Shown: positions 1 to 12,286 of the stretch, one piece after another
Position numbering within the stretch: the stretch's first letter is position 1
Layout: every line of letters starts with the position of its first letter
From: Harriotta raleighana
Lineage: Eukaryota
Reading direction: 5' to 3'
Assembly (NCBI GenBank): GCA_050575255.1
Contig: JBNZDD010013732.1
Location: 21,028,244-21,092,243 of the forward strand
Length of the DNA stretch: 64,000 nucleotides
The notes under the pieces: generated by a model
Told to the model about the DNA's origin: nothing
The model's database searches: none
The model's input: only the letters and a program-made list of their open reading frames with translations
Position numbers and translations under genes: made by a program

Positions 1-700
1 GAGCCACAGGAGCTCCAGGAGTTTGGGGAAAGGCTAGTTAATGGGACTGAAAGGATTATTTTTGAGGGAGACAGCACCAACATGTGGGTTCAAATGGCTG
101 CCTTTTGTCACCTAAATTTCTATGGTTCTAATTTCAACAAAATGTTTATGTTTTAAGCAGGAAACCTATTAGTAGATGATGTAAGGAGGTAGCACAATTG
201 ATTGCTGCACATTCTTGGTATCCTGGAGACTGGAGCACTGTCAAGCTGTTGATTTAAGGAGTAGAACCTAACAGAGGCAATATGTCTTCTCACAGAAGGA
301 GGCAATATGAGAGGAAGAGCTGGCATGATCCACTCTCATCTACCTATTCACTGTCAGTTTAAAGCTCACCATGTCTTCCGATGCCAGACTTTGATTATAG
401 TCAGTTTATTTATACAGGGTGAAGGAAAACCTGTTGGAGAAAACAGAGTCCCTCAAAGGAAGCAAATAAAATTGTGCATTGTCAGAAAATAACCTAGAAT
501 ATTTTAGGTGTTCTAATTTATTGTCGAAATGTTATTAATATGCAATTCACATTTGATTATACCTTAAGCGCTTTAGTGTTCCTCATCCATAGTGAAGTAA
601 ATGGTTGCATAGAATATTTTTGAATGTAGGCAAACTACTACTTTCAGCAAGCTTGTTAGTCCTTACTCACCTGAACTGCTGATTTCTCTGTGACTGAAAC

Positions 701-809
701 AATAATAATCATTCTTGCATTTTACAGTGCCTTTTCATGCCTTCCAGATGACTCTGTGCTTCACAGAATATACTGTAAAATTAATTGGCTGTACATTTTG
801 TGGGCAAAA
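701..809 (-). mobile_element. Family A SINE tail (similar tails at 9625-9745 -, 12771-12880 +, 16421-16500 -, 30778-30893 -)
   Basis: Shared aataatccttgcatt...cttcacagaatatactgtaaagtgaattgactgta motif. Confidence 0.8.
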
Positions 810-1043
810 ATAATTCCAATATGATCCATAACCTTCAAAAAATTAAACATTCATGACACAGGCTTTCTTTGAAAGAGTAGAATAAATAAAAACAATTTCC
901 CATGTCTTGTTCAGCAATTGATGGACTTCTGAGATGGTTAGCAGCAAGGATGCAATCTTTATTAACATATGTAAAGATATCAGCAGATGAGAAAATATGC
1001 TTAACGCTTCATGTACACTAACTTAAGAACTAAATTTGAAGTA

Positions 1044-1539
1044 CAGTAAAAGCCTGTTTATCCATGACTCGATGAACCGGAACTTCCGTATAACCGGCAC
1101 GTCAAAAAAAAAGTCCCCATCCGATTAACTGGAAGTTATCTGGCAGAATAGCGGTGGTGCATTTAATGAATCGATTGTCCCATGAGAGTACAGAACAGGT
1201 ATTTCGGCTTGCCGCTAGTAAAGCCTTAAAGTCACTCTGCTGTTTTTTCTCCTCCCGTGGCGGCTGCCATTGCAGAAGTTAAGTATAAATAATAAAATAC
1301 TAATTCAATATTCTGTTGTTACAGTATCTGTTATTAGTGTATTTAGTCTGTTATGTATATGGTACAGTGTACAACATTTACAATAAAGTACCCATACAAT
1401 ATTCTGTTATTATCTGTTATTATTTAGTCTATTATTAATATGGTATGTATTAAAATAAGTTAATTTTTTTTGTTTAAAAAAAGCCGTTTAACTAACATTG
1501 GCCAGGTCCTGCGGGTGCTGGATAAATGGGTTTTTACTG
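1044..1539. mobile_element. Non-autonomous Tc1/mariner (Tigger/pogo-like) DNA transposon (MITE)
   Basis: TIRs CAGTAAAAGCCTGTTTATCC ... GGATAAATGGGTTTTTACTG, flanked by TA on both sides; homologous to 4444-5026. Confidence 0.85.
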
Positions 1540-2439
1540 TACTTGGAAGGTTCTAATACTGTACATTGATTTACAAAATGGTTAGGATCTTTAGGGATTT
1601 AGTTAAGTAAGAAGGACTATCCTGCAGATTTGTTATGCACTGTAAAGTTCACCTTGCAGTTACTGATGGATAAGAATCATCTTACCATACATAATTTGCC
1701 ATTGAATGGTTCAGAAAGGCTATAAAGAGAATTAGTGTGAGATCCTGGAAATCTTACACCTTGCACAGCACTGGAGCAGATTAACAGAAGGTTTATTTTG
1801 CTTGTTATAACTGATATAACTGCTATAACTGATCTGTATTACAGAATGATTTATCTTTCCTTGGCATGGATCAAATACAAGACAAACCATGCTTCAGTTT
1901 GGGTGGGAGATGAAAGAAAGAGCAGGTTATTTTGGTCTTATTGCCATAATGCACAAATGAGGCAATGATTATGTGATCATATGTGATTGGTGTATATTCA
2001 TTACCTGTTCACAAACAAATCTTTTTTAATATGAAGGTGCAACTTATTTATTAAAAAGCACCAGTAAATAAACAGTTAATTAATGCAATTCCCCTGCAAG
2101 ATGTGTTCTTGGTCTAAGCTTGGATGTTGAATAGACATTATGAGCAGAGAGTCCCTTATTCTTAGAGAGAAAGCAACAATGATGCACAAACTGAAGACCT
2201 CATGTTTTTCAGCTGCACTTTTTTAACTTGGGAGTATTTTGATCTTTGTTTTCCTTTAATATCAATGACTTAAAATTCGACTGGAAAAACAACAAATTCC
2301 TTTTATATATCGCCTTTCATGTCGCCTTGCATCCAAGCTGGAAGTTAAATCAGCATGTAATTGAAATCCACAGAGTGTGTGAAATGATTCATTTAAATTT
2401 ATTTGTGATATTCCAAACCAACCTCAGATGAAGGTGGAG

Positions 2440-2635
2440 TTTGTGTTGTTTCCAGGCCCATTGATGTTCCGTCCACTGCCTGTCAGATATCAAGGCCAGG
2501 ATGAGCCACAGTTTTCTGCAAGATGGAGCAATTCTTCTTCGCTCCTGTCGTTGTCTCCTCACATCAGGCTCTGACCTCTCTGGCGCCTCTCTCAAAATCA
2601 TTGAACCAATACACAACCTTGGCATCTGGTTTGAT
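2440..2635 (+). mobile_element. L2-clade LINE RT fragment inserted in an old SINE
   Basis: tgcctgtcagatatcaaggccaggatgagccacagttttctgcaa (CLSDIKA.MS..FLQ) and aaccttggcatctggtttga (NLG..FD). Confidence 0.65.
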
Positions 2636-3426
2636 ATTCAGTGTTTTGGTTAGGTGAGAAGGAACAATTTTCTAATTGTTCCATGGTATCTTTACAACCA
2701 CCTGAACAGGTAGACATATAACCTAAAGGACAGCACTCTCAGAAATGCAACATTTGCCCAAAATTCCAATGTGGAGCTTCAAAATCACCTACTGGTTCAT
2801 AGGCTAGAATGTTATCAACTGAGCCAAGCTTGTATTCCAGAGGTACGCTGTCTGTAAAATGGTCAGTTTAGTCTTGAGATGAAAAAGAGAAACATGTGGA
2901 GCATTTGCTGGAGAAGTCAAAATTAATAGCTACACTGATAAGCCATCCCTTGCTTTGGCTGGAAATTGATCTGGTCCGCAAAAGAAAGAAATGTGCTTCA
3001 TTTGAAGTGACTGAAGCAGACAACCAGTGTGACTGTTTTCTGGGGGATAATTTACAGCAGAGTGACCCAGCCGTCCATCAAACCAAATAGACAAATTTTC
3101 TCTTATGCTTTTATTTTAAGTTGGATGGCAGTAGAAGGTTAATGCACTTTTAAAAAAAAAATAAACTGGCAAATAACATTATTGCTCTTCTCATGATTAA
3201 TGAATGGCTATAAACCCTGAGAGTAAACTTGACTTTTTATTAATAATTGGCTACTTTTCTAACTTAGCATTCAATGACACGAGGGTCAGCTTGATTCAGG
3301 TGGTAGCTCGATGTCAGAAGGTTGTGTGTTCAGCACCATTTGGGGACTTGAGCCTGCAATCCAGGTTCACACTGCTGGGCAGCATTCAGGCAGCCCTACA
3401 TTGTTGTATGGCAGAAAGGATGGGAC

Positions 3427-4103
3427 TGCCTATAAAATGCTTGCCCGAAACAGAGTTACAGCAGAGCAAAGTTCAAAATGTCCCATCCTTCCTTGAGATC
3501 AAGTTTTGCACAGAATATGAAAGTTTTTTTTAATCAAACTTACCAAATATGGATAACTATATTAAGTGAATGGGATTCTTTTGGATGAACAAATTGTGGT
3601 CTTTCTGATATTAAGATATTAAGTTTGATATTAAAAGCCTCACGACACTATTCAAAAAGAGAAGGGAGTTATTCCTCGATTAATTGATCATTCACTTCTA
3701 GGACTTTGTTGTGCGTAAAATGGCAATCTGCAAAGCTCTTTGAGATGTCCCACTGACATGGAAGGTGCTATTTGAAGTGCTATTCAAATATAATTTTGTT
3801 GTTGTGAGGATTATTATTATTGAGATTCCTGACGGAAATGTAATCCACTTAATGGATTCCAGATTTGCTTTGCAAACCATAATTCTACCTCAGATCTAAC
3901 AGAGAAAAGTAGCTGTAAAACATCTTGCCTATAAAATGTTTGCCTGAAACAGTGTTACAGCAGAGCAAAGTTCAATATGTCCCATCCTTCCTTGAGATCA
4001 ACTCTTACACAGAATATGAACGTTTTTTAATCAAACTTACCAAATATGGATAACTATATTAAGTGAATGGGACTCTTTTGGATGCACAAATTGTGGTCTT
4101 TCT
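3427..4103 (+). repeat. About 180-bp direct duplication (3427-3606 and 3926-4103)
   Basis: Both run from tgcctataaaatg to aaattgtggtctttct with scattered substitutions. Confidence 0.95.
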
Positions 4104-4443
4104 TTCGTATGAGTTGTTTCAAACATGATATAGTTATTGTAACTGGATTGGATGGGATGAGGTAAAGTCCCATTAACTGGGTCACAACAACAGAAGCTGG
4201 TTAAGTGACAGAAACTGCCCAGCAACTCGTTTCAATAATATTATCCGAATTTCAGGGACTATCATAAACTCATAGCTAAAAATAGCAATCTTTTTACAAT
4301 GTCTGTAATGGAAGATGCCATCATAAAGTCAGAGAGTGAAAAGATTGCAATGTGTAGTAGTCAACGTATGATAAGCTCCAAGAAATTTCAGTGTTTGTAC
4401 TGCTGGATCATCAGTCTTGACTTGTTACAGTTAAATAATACTA

Positions 4444-5026
4444 CAGTAAAAGCCCGTTTATCCGGCACCCACGGGACCTGGCCAATGCCGGATAAATGGC
4501 TTTTTAAAATGGTTTTTTTTAAATATTAAAAATTATTTAATTACACATGCTATATTAATAATAGACTAAATAATAAGATAATAACAATATTGTATGGATA
4601 TTTTATTCTAAATGTTGTACACTGTACCATATAAATATAGAGTAAATACAGTAATAACAGATATTGTAATAACAGAATATTGTACAGCTACTTTATTGTA
4701 AATTTTGAACACTACTATATAAATAATAGACTAAATACACTAATAACAGAATATTGTATTGGTATTTCATTATTTATACTTAACTTCTGCAATGGCCACC
4801 ATGGGAGGAAAACAAAACAGCAGCGCAACTTTTTTTTAAAAACGGCAGTAGCGCGACTTTAGACTCAACTAGTGGCCAGCCAAAAGATCTGCACAGTACT
4901 CACATGCGACAATCAATTCATTAGATGCGTCATCGCTATTCTGCTGGATAACTTCCGGTTTATTGAATCAGGACTTTTTTTTAGGTTTTCCAGTTCATCG
5001 AGTCACAGATAAATGGGCTTTTATTG
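4444..5026. mobile_element. Second copy of the same Tigger-like MITE, opposite orientation
   Basis: TA|CAGTAAAAGCCCGTTTATCC ... GATAAATGGGCTTTTATTG|TA; interior is the reverse complement of 1044-1539. Confidence 0.85.
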
Positions 5027-5557
5027 TATAATGCTGTGCTTCTTGAAAGTACTCATCTCAACATTGCAAACCCATTAGCCTCCTGAAATTTGTGCAAATT
5101 ATTGCCAATCAAACGATCATCAAACCAAAGTGATTGAAAGGTTAGCATGAAGATCTCACTTCTATGACAAGATACTTTGGTAGCTTTAGAAAAAGTATTG
5201 AATACCTGAAATGAAATTGTCTATGAACGGATTTTTAAAAATCTGTTTGCAGTGATGTGTTTCTACCGGGTATATACGTCAGGTATGCCGACTGTTCTGA
5301 AAAGTATTATATTAATAGAATCTGTGAAATGAATGTGTATTTTTATACACACTTGGGAAAAACCTGGTGAGAACCACTGACTCAGAACTGTTTTCTTTAA
5401 GTAACAGATCACAGTTGAGGAATTAAAGAACTGTTATAATTTGCAAATTGGAATGAACAATTTTTACCCCATGGTTTTCTGATCCCATCTTTTCAAGGCA
5501 AAAGATTTTGTTATTAGATTAATTCAAGGCATTAGATTTTGCATTAGATTTCACCTA

Positions 5558-5940
5558 CAAATATACAGTCAATTCACTTTACAGTATATTCTGTGAAGTG
5601 CTTTGAGACGTCGATAAACTGTGAAAAGCGCTATATCAAATGCAAGGATTGTTATTATTAGATTCCCTTTCACTTCTACTGCAGGACATTTTGTTTTGCC
5701 CACAAAACATACAGTCAATTTGCTTTACAATATCTTCTGTGAGTATATGGGACGACATGATCAAGCACTATATCAAAAAGTAGGATTATTATTATTCTGT
5801 TACTTGACACGTGACTATTGGAATTCACTGTTATGTTTGCCTACAGATATGTTCACTACACTTTATAGTAAATCCTGTGACATGTTTTGAAGTATTTTGA
5901 TGATTTGATAAAGTACTATATTAAATGCAAGGTTTATTAT
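5558..5940 (+). mobile_element. Three head-to-tail SINE 3' tails (5558-5660, 5695-5795, 5806-5940)
   Basis: Each has a cagtcaatt-cacttta..ctgtga..ctatat.aaatgcaagg-attatt-type tail. Confidence 0.8.
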
Positions 5941-6029
5941 CATTTCAGATTAAGTTTATTTAGAAACGGTACCTCCGGGCCCGACACTCAAATCCTGGCT
6001 GTGTACTGTTGACAGGAGCTGAATTGTTG

Positions 6030-6210
6030 ATACTGAACTGTACAGATCCGGAAAGGCCCCCAGGTTAGATCCATGGTCTGTGCTGATTTTTCTGATCTCA
6101 TCGGAAGCAGCAGAATGGTTGCTAAAATTGGACACAAGGCTCGGGAGGATAAGAATCTACCAGTGATCCCATTCCTGAATGCTGTCCAGTGACCCCTATT
6201 GGAAATTTCT
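6030..6210 (+). mobile_element. Fragment of a different old SINE family
   Basis: ggaaaggccccaggttagatccatggtctgtgctga...ctgatctca...tccagtgacccct; B-box-like head; resembles shark SINEs from memory. Confidence 0.5.
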
Positions 6211-6266
6211 TAATTTGCCTTCAATGTTCTCTTTGGAATCAGTCATAAAGAATGCCACTTTGGTAA

Positions 6267-6705
6267 CATAATACTCCATCCTCCTCTCACCTCAACCTTC
6301 ATGGTTTTGTCCATTACAAGTTCAGATCATCCTTCCAACAGTCTTGCTGCTTCCCATTTCTGTGACCTGTTAACCCCATATCACCCTGTCCGCTCCCTCC
6401 ACTCTGCAGGTTCTCCACATATTTCACCCAGCCTGCCCCACCATCGGCATTCAGGCCTTCAGCCACTCAGCCCCCACTATTTGGAACTCCATTACACAAT
6501 CCCTTTGCCTGTTCCCTCCTCAGCCTCCTTGAAGCATGTCTCATTATCCTCCTCTTCAAATATGCCTTAGGCCATCCTCCTACCCCTACCCTCCCTGCCT
6601 TCCACCCCTCCTAATCCCAACTGCCTTCTCAAGTCCAGATTCTTGATACCAGCACCTTGGGACATTGCCCTGACATGAATTGAGCAAAACTAATGTAATT
6701 TGTGG
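6267..6705 (+). mobile_element. L2-clade LINE 3' end
   Basis: Degenerate DLLTPYHPVRSLHSA peptide and cagcaccttgggac tail. Confidence 0.8.
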
Positions 6706-8210
6706 TTTGGGAAGCTTCTGCTTGCAGAGCTCACAGAGCATATCACAAATCATTGCCTTCAGGAGAAGAGAGGAAGGGAGGAAAGTAGAAGAAAAATAGT
6801 CATCTCAATGCTTTGGATTCTTGGATCAGTAAAATGATGGAAAGGTAATATTGGGGAAAGAAACTTGTCTTAAATGAAGTTTTTGCCAGTTAGATAAAAA
6901 ACACACAAGAAACACTGGACTGGAGCAGTATATAGTAACATGCTCTGGGGCCTGTAATCAAACAATAGATTTAGAACAGATTGGAGCATCCACCTGACAT
7001 CTCAACCCACTGTGCAACCCAGTGCATAATCCAGCAAAAGTTTTGTAACAAATGCTATCTGTAGCAAGCTTGACTTTTCCCCTTTGAATCTTTTGCATAT
7101 AAAAAGCAGCCAGTTTTCGGTGTGTAATGTTCTGCAGTCTCTTGAAACAATTAGGCAATGCTTGCCATAGCAACATGTGTGTTTGAGACAGACAATGATG
7201 CTGAGTTACGCACGCACAAGCAGAGTAGAGGGTAAATTTGGGATCTATTTTGTTCATTGGTGTGTGTGAGTTCAAAGAATGCAGCAGATTTCTGCCGCTG
7301 TTCACCACTGTTCATGAGCTCTGCATAGCACAGTTCCAGGAGAGCCTTGAGATTGGGTCTATTAAAATCGAGGTGAAAGTGAGCAATCAAGAGTATAAAG
7401 TTATTCTAAAAATTCCAGCTGAGCTGCCTGTAGTCCTGCACTCCATTAGCTTTATCCAGCTGAACAGCAGCAATAGGCTATTACAACAGTAAATGACCTT
7501 TCTGTTTATTGCGGGTTATAATTATGATGGAACCATCCCAAGAGCTCACATGGATTGCACTTAATTAGCCCAGAAAAATAGCACTACTTTTAAGAGCATC
7601 TTTTGAAGATGTAGAAAATGCCAATTTGTAGAAGAACAGAATCAATAAATAATTAATGGCCTTGAACTAATGGGCAGTCAGTACGCTTTCACGAAAATGA
7701 GATTGGATACATGGAGAAAAGGTGATTTTCTAAATCTTTCCTTATTAAATAATACGTTGGAAGGAACCTTGAAAATAACCTGAATTGAATGGATAGATTG
7801 TGTAGAGTTAAACATGTTCATCTGATTTGCTTGAGGATTATTTTTGCACAAACCACAATGTTCCTTTCTATTAAGGAACAATGCATCAAATACACACCAA
7901 ACATTCCCTCTTCAATAAAGTTAGACCCATTCAAGATATGTTGGCATTGGTTTCTAGCGTAATTTAAAATGCATGAAATAGTTCTTTAAAGGGTTACAGT
8001 AGTCTATTACAGTAGAGTTACAGTAGTCTATTATTTTGCAGAATTTAAATATTTTCACCTGAATAGAAAGATATATTTGTTAAAATTATATTTTTTTCTT
8101 CACCAGACCTGAAAAGTTCAATTAATTAATTGAATTCAAATATCTTGCAATTGAAGTAAAGAATTGGTTTTGAAAATGCATCACACTATACATAAACTAA
8201 TTTTAGACCA

Positions 8211-8530
8211 ATAACAACTTGCATTTGTACTGGCCCTTTCACTCTGGATAACTTCCCAGAGTGCTTGACAGTGGTGGAGTCTGACCAAGTCAGAGGGAGT
8301 GGGAGGTGAATTTAAGCACAATAAAGAAGGAAGGTCTTTCGGCAGGATTTGAAAGTGTTGAGGGAGGGGGAAAGGCAAATGGATTGAGGTAGGGAGTTCC
8401 AGAGCTTCAGGGTGTGGTGGCTGAAAGCACGGCCACCAATGGTGAAGCTGAGGGACTGAAGGACAAACACGAGACCAAAACTGGCCAAAAGGAGTCAGCG
8501 CATGGTGGAGTAGATTGGATAGGTAGGGAG
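8211..8530 (-). mobile_element. L2 3' end (degenerate)
   Basis: acaacttgcatttgta tail; gggagttccagagc and ggctgaaagcacggccaccaatggt motifs. Confidence 0.75.
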
Positions 8531-9795
8531 ATACAAGAGCAATATCTCACAGCATGACTTTTTTTAAAAAATCTTGAGTTCCCTATCCATACAATTGTTG
8601 ACTTAGTCATCACTCAGGTTTTCAGCTCTCACAATATGTGAAACATTGACTAATTGTGCAGTTGACTGAGATCATGTAAACACATTTCTGGTGTTTAGAC
8701 TTGGTATGTGCCACATTTCCTACTCCTCCCTTGTATCCTGACTATTGGCAGATCAACAAATACAGAATTGTCAAAGGACTTTGAGGTTGGTGGATGTACG
8801 ATCCACAAATAGTATATCATCAAGCTGTAGAAACCTAACGATAAAAAGAATTTAGACGGACTGACTGGCCAATGTAATTTAGATTAGTAACAAAAGGAAA
8901 GCACAGTCCTCCCTCTTCCCTCACCCTTGCCTCCTTGATATGAATCTTTCATCAAATTCCAATTCATGTTTTCTAAAATAACTTGACTTGAGAAAGTATC
9001 AATGCAGGTGCCGCTGACTCCTTTTTAAAGGTTGTGTGCATGGTTTAGAATTTTACTTCCAAATGCAGTGTGATGATAGCCACAGAAGTAAGCCTCTCAG
9101 CAATGTGGAGTTTAAAACGATATGGCAGAAACTAAAATTATATCTTGAACAAAGCTGTGAAAGTTTCTTCCCTGAGACCTATATAAATGCCAATAAAACC
9201 AGTCACGAAATTCAACAGTAATTATTTTAAAGTGCTTTGAGATTTTTCCACTTGTTAAGGCACCATAAAATGTAACTTCTTTTATATATACATTCATAAG
9301 TAACACATGACTTTGTACGGGTAGAATGGAATATAATGAATGGAGGGAGTAATCGGAATGTCGGACTGAGACTCACCCATTCCAAATAGCAGAGGGAGCT
9401 CAATGGACTGAATAAATGACCTATTCCGTTCCTGTACTGTTTTTCTCCTCATTTTCTGGTGAAGTACACAGCCATTAATAACCAGCATAAGTGGGCTGGG
9501 AAAGTTACACTTCACCTTCAAATTTAATTAGGTGCCTCTTTTACCCTTACAAGTGTGACTTTTAACTAGTCTATAATAAAGGTAATGCTTTCAAAGACTA
9601 TTTGTCCTTTGCTTTGGATATTTATAATAATAAATAATCCTTGCATTTCATATAGCGCTTTTCACGTCTTCTACACATCTCAAAGCATTTCACAGGGGAA
9701 CTTCATAGAATATACTATAAAGTGAATTGACTGTACATTTATGGGTAAGGTGTTATGCTGAGGTGTATTTTAAAAGTAAATTAAGAAGATTTTCA

Positions 9796-10715
9796 ACAAC
9801 AACAAAATTACATTTATAGAGCCCCTTTCATGTTGGGTGTACTTCCCAAGGTGCTGAACAGTCAGGAGTCATGACCTGTGTTTGCTGGACTGGCGTTGAA
9901 GGAGGCAACAAAAGTACATTTGTATAGCGCTTTTCACTTAGGGAAGATGTCCTAAGGTGCTGAACATTCAATGTTTCAGACCCGAGTTGGGGTCGGGATT
10001 GGGGAGGGTGGAGGGAAAGGAGGGGATTTGAGAAGACCGATGGGACTGTCGCAGAGAAGGGTTTTGAGGAGGCTAGGAGGGGATAAGGCAGAGGGACTGT
10101 GGGAAGCAATTCCAGAAGTCAGAGTCAAAGTGGCTGAAGGCTCGCCTGTTCGCCTGTGGGTCGGAGGACATGGAGCAGGCTGCTGTCCGAGGGGGCAGGC
10201 AGGTTGGTAGGGGGTTAGGAGAATGCAGAGGTAGGGTGGGCGAGCCCATGGAGGGCTTTGATTGTGAAGATCAGGATCTTGAATTAAATCCTCTGGATGA
10301 TGGGGAGCCAATGGAGTTGGGCGAGAATGGGGGAGTTGGGATCATGGAGCTTGGAGCTGTAGAGAACACGGGACTATCTGCAGCCTATAAGGGGAGGAAT
10401 TGGGAAGGCCGACAAGCAGGACATTGGTATAGTTGAGTCTGGATGTAATGAAGGCACAAATGAGGGTTTCTGCAGCCTGAGGGGTGAGGCAGTGGCGGAG
10501 TTGGGCAATGTTGCTGGTAGGTAAGGTAAGTCTTGGCACAGATATGGGTGAGAAAGGACAGTTCAGGGTCAAATAAGACATCCAGGTTCCTGACTGGGTT
10601 GGTAAGGTGGAGTGTGCATCTATGAATGTTGATGCTGCCAGTGCCTGAGGTGCGGAGATGTTGGCATGAGCCAATCAGGAGGGTCTCAGTCTTGCTTATG
10701 TTCAGCTGTAGACAG
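9796..10715 (-). mobile_element. L2 LINE about 800 bp (9906-10715) plus an adjacent short L2 tail (9796-9890)
   Basis: Peptides AAETLICAFITSRLNYTNVLLVGLP and HWL-region homology; (CAA)n tails. Confidence 0.9.
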
Positions 10716-11047
10716 GAACAACAACTTGCACTTCTTCAGTTTTCATTCACTCACCAAACCACTGGGGCAATGCTCCAAACCACAGATCTAAATTAAACAT
10801 TTAATTTATGTATATTGTTCTATTAATTTTTGTTGTGTGGGGGTTCAGTTGGATGTCCGACACATGCAGAAATCCATCACCATGCTTAAGAATATCCAAA
10901 CCAAGATGAGATTTCCATGCATCCCACCTATGCGTGGAGATCCCAGAGGTAGATTGTCAGAATGGATTGTGTACTCTCTCCCTGGAGAGTGCATAGCTTT
11001 CTATTGATATTGCTTTTCCACCACTTGTCCAGCTAGAACCTCCCTAT

Positions 11048-11545
11048 AACAGCAACAACAACAAAATTACATCTATAGAGAGCCTTTCACGTCGGGAGGA
11101 CATCCCAAGGCACTGAACAATCAGTTCAGGAACCGAGCAGGGGAGGGAGGGTCAGGTGGGTGGGAAGGGGAAGGAGAGTAGGAGAGGGGGAAGATTTAGG
11201 AGGGGAGCCAAAGGCGCTGTCAAAGAGGAAGGTTGTGAGACCGGCCTTGAAGGAGGAAAGGAAGTGAAGTGAAAGAATTGCGGGATGGAGTTCCAGAGTG
11301 TGGGGACAGAGAGGCTGATACCCCGGCCACCGATGGTTGGACAGTTAGGGCGGTGGATGTGAGGCAGGCCAGAGTCTGCTGAACGGAGGGTGCAGGCAGG
11401 CTGAAAGGGAGACAGCAGGTCGGAGAGATAGGCGGGGGCAAGGCCGTGAATCGCCTTGAAAGTGAGGACGAGGATCTTGAATTTGATCCTCTGGGGGATG
11501 GTGAGCCAGTGGAGATGGGCAAGGGTGGGAGTGATGTGGTGGCGA
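11048..11545 (-). mobile_element. L2 LINE 3' end (young)
   Basis: ORF 11152..11661: HITPTLAHLHWLTIPQRIKFKILVLTFKAIHGLAPAYLSDLL...LRSA...LWNSIP; (CAA)n tail. Confidence 0.93.
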
Positions 11546-12270
11546 TTTTGGCTTGTAGGTTTAACAGGAACTGAGTGGTATGACGTTCTGCCCTCAGTGA
11601 CCACCAGAGACTGCCACAGAGGACTGGCTTGATTCTGACATTCAATTGCCAGGCCTGTCACCTTGGAGGCTCTTCAGGTCCAAGGAGTCCCCACTTACCT
11701 CCCCACAAGGAGGATAATTTTCATGATGAAATGGCACAATTGGCAACTTTAAGGATTTATAAAAGAGAATTTAGTGTCAGTGTTGTATTACTTTCTCACA
11801 GGAGTACTGATGTATGATTCACAGTAGCAGAGTGGTCCTTTTCAGATTTTTTTCACCAGAAAATGATGGCTGAAGCCTTGCCTATTGTTATCTAATGTTA
11901 CGAATTTCCTCACTTTTGAGTTTGTTGGCGTTTTTTTCAAATGGATTCCATCTGAAGAGAAGAAACATAGATGTTAATATTTAAAATTGTATGAAATTAC
12001 TAAGGGAAAGGGAAAAAGTCCATTTTAGGAAACTTCAGATTGGAAAGAATTTATTCTACATTGATGTTCCGAATTCTCCATATGTTCGTGGTGACTTTGA
12101 CGAAGGTGCTCCTGGAATGTTGAGGTTCAGATTGCTACTTGCCTTCAATGTTCAGCCATAATAATTTAAACCAAGTGCAGGGTTACTTGATATCAGACGG
12201 GTGTTGAATGAATGAAATATAAATTGCTTGGGAGACTGGAAAATGTATTTTGATGCCTTCATGGAATCAT

Positions 12271-12286
12271 TGCTCCCTCTAGTGGC
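12271..12286 (-). promoter_or_regulatory. Candidate CTCF site
   Basis: Reverse complement GCCACTAGAGGGAGCA; motif match only. Confidence 0.4.

Noticed and set aside
3329-3348. TTCAGCACC RE1/REST half-site
   Set aside because: Lies inside a SINE head and has no properly spaced GGACAG half-site.
6958-7492. Overlapping 79-116 aa ORFs in non-repeat DNA
   Set aside because: No recognisable protein and no convincing splice sites; could be a conserved noncoding element, but I cannot support that.
11152-11661. 169-aa ORF and similar ORFs at 9828-10674, 34336, 59913 and 62619
   Set aside because: L2 ORF2 remnants or their antisense frames, not host genes.
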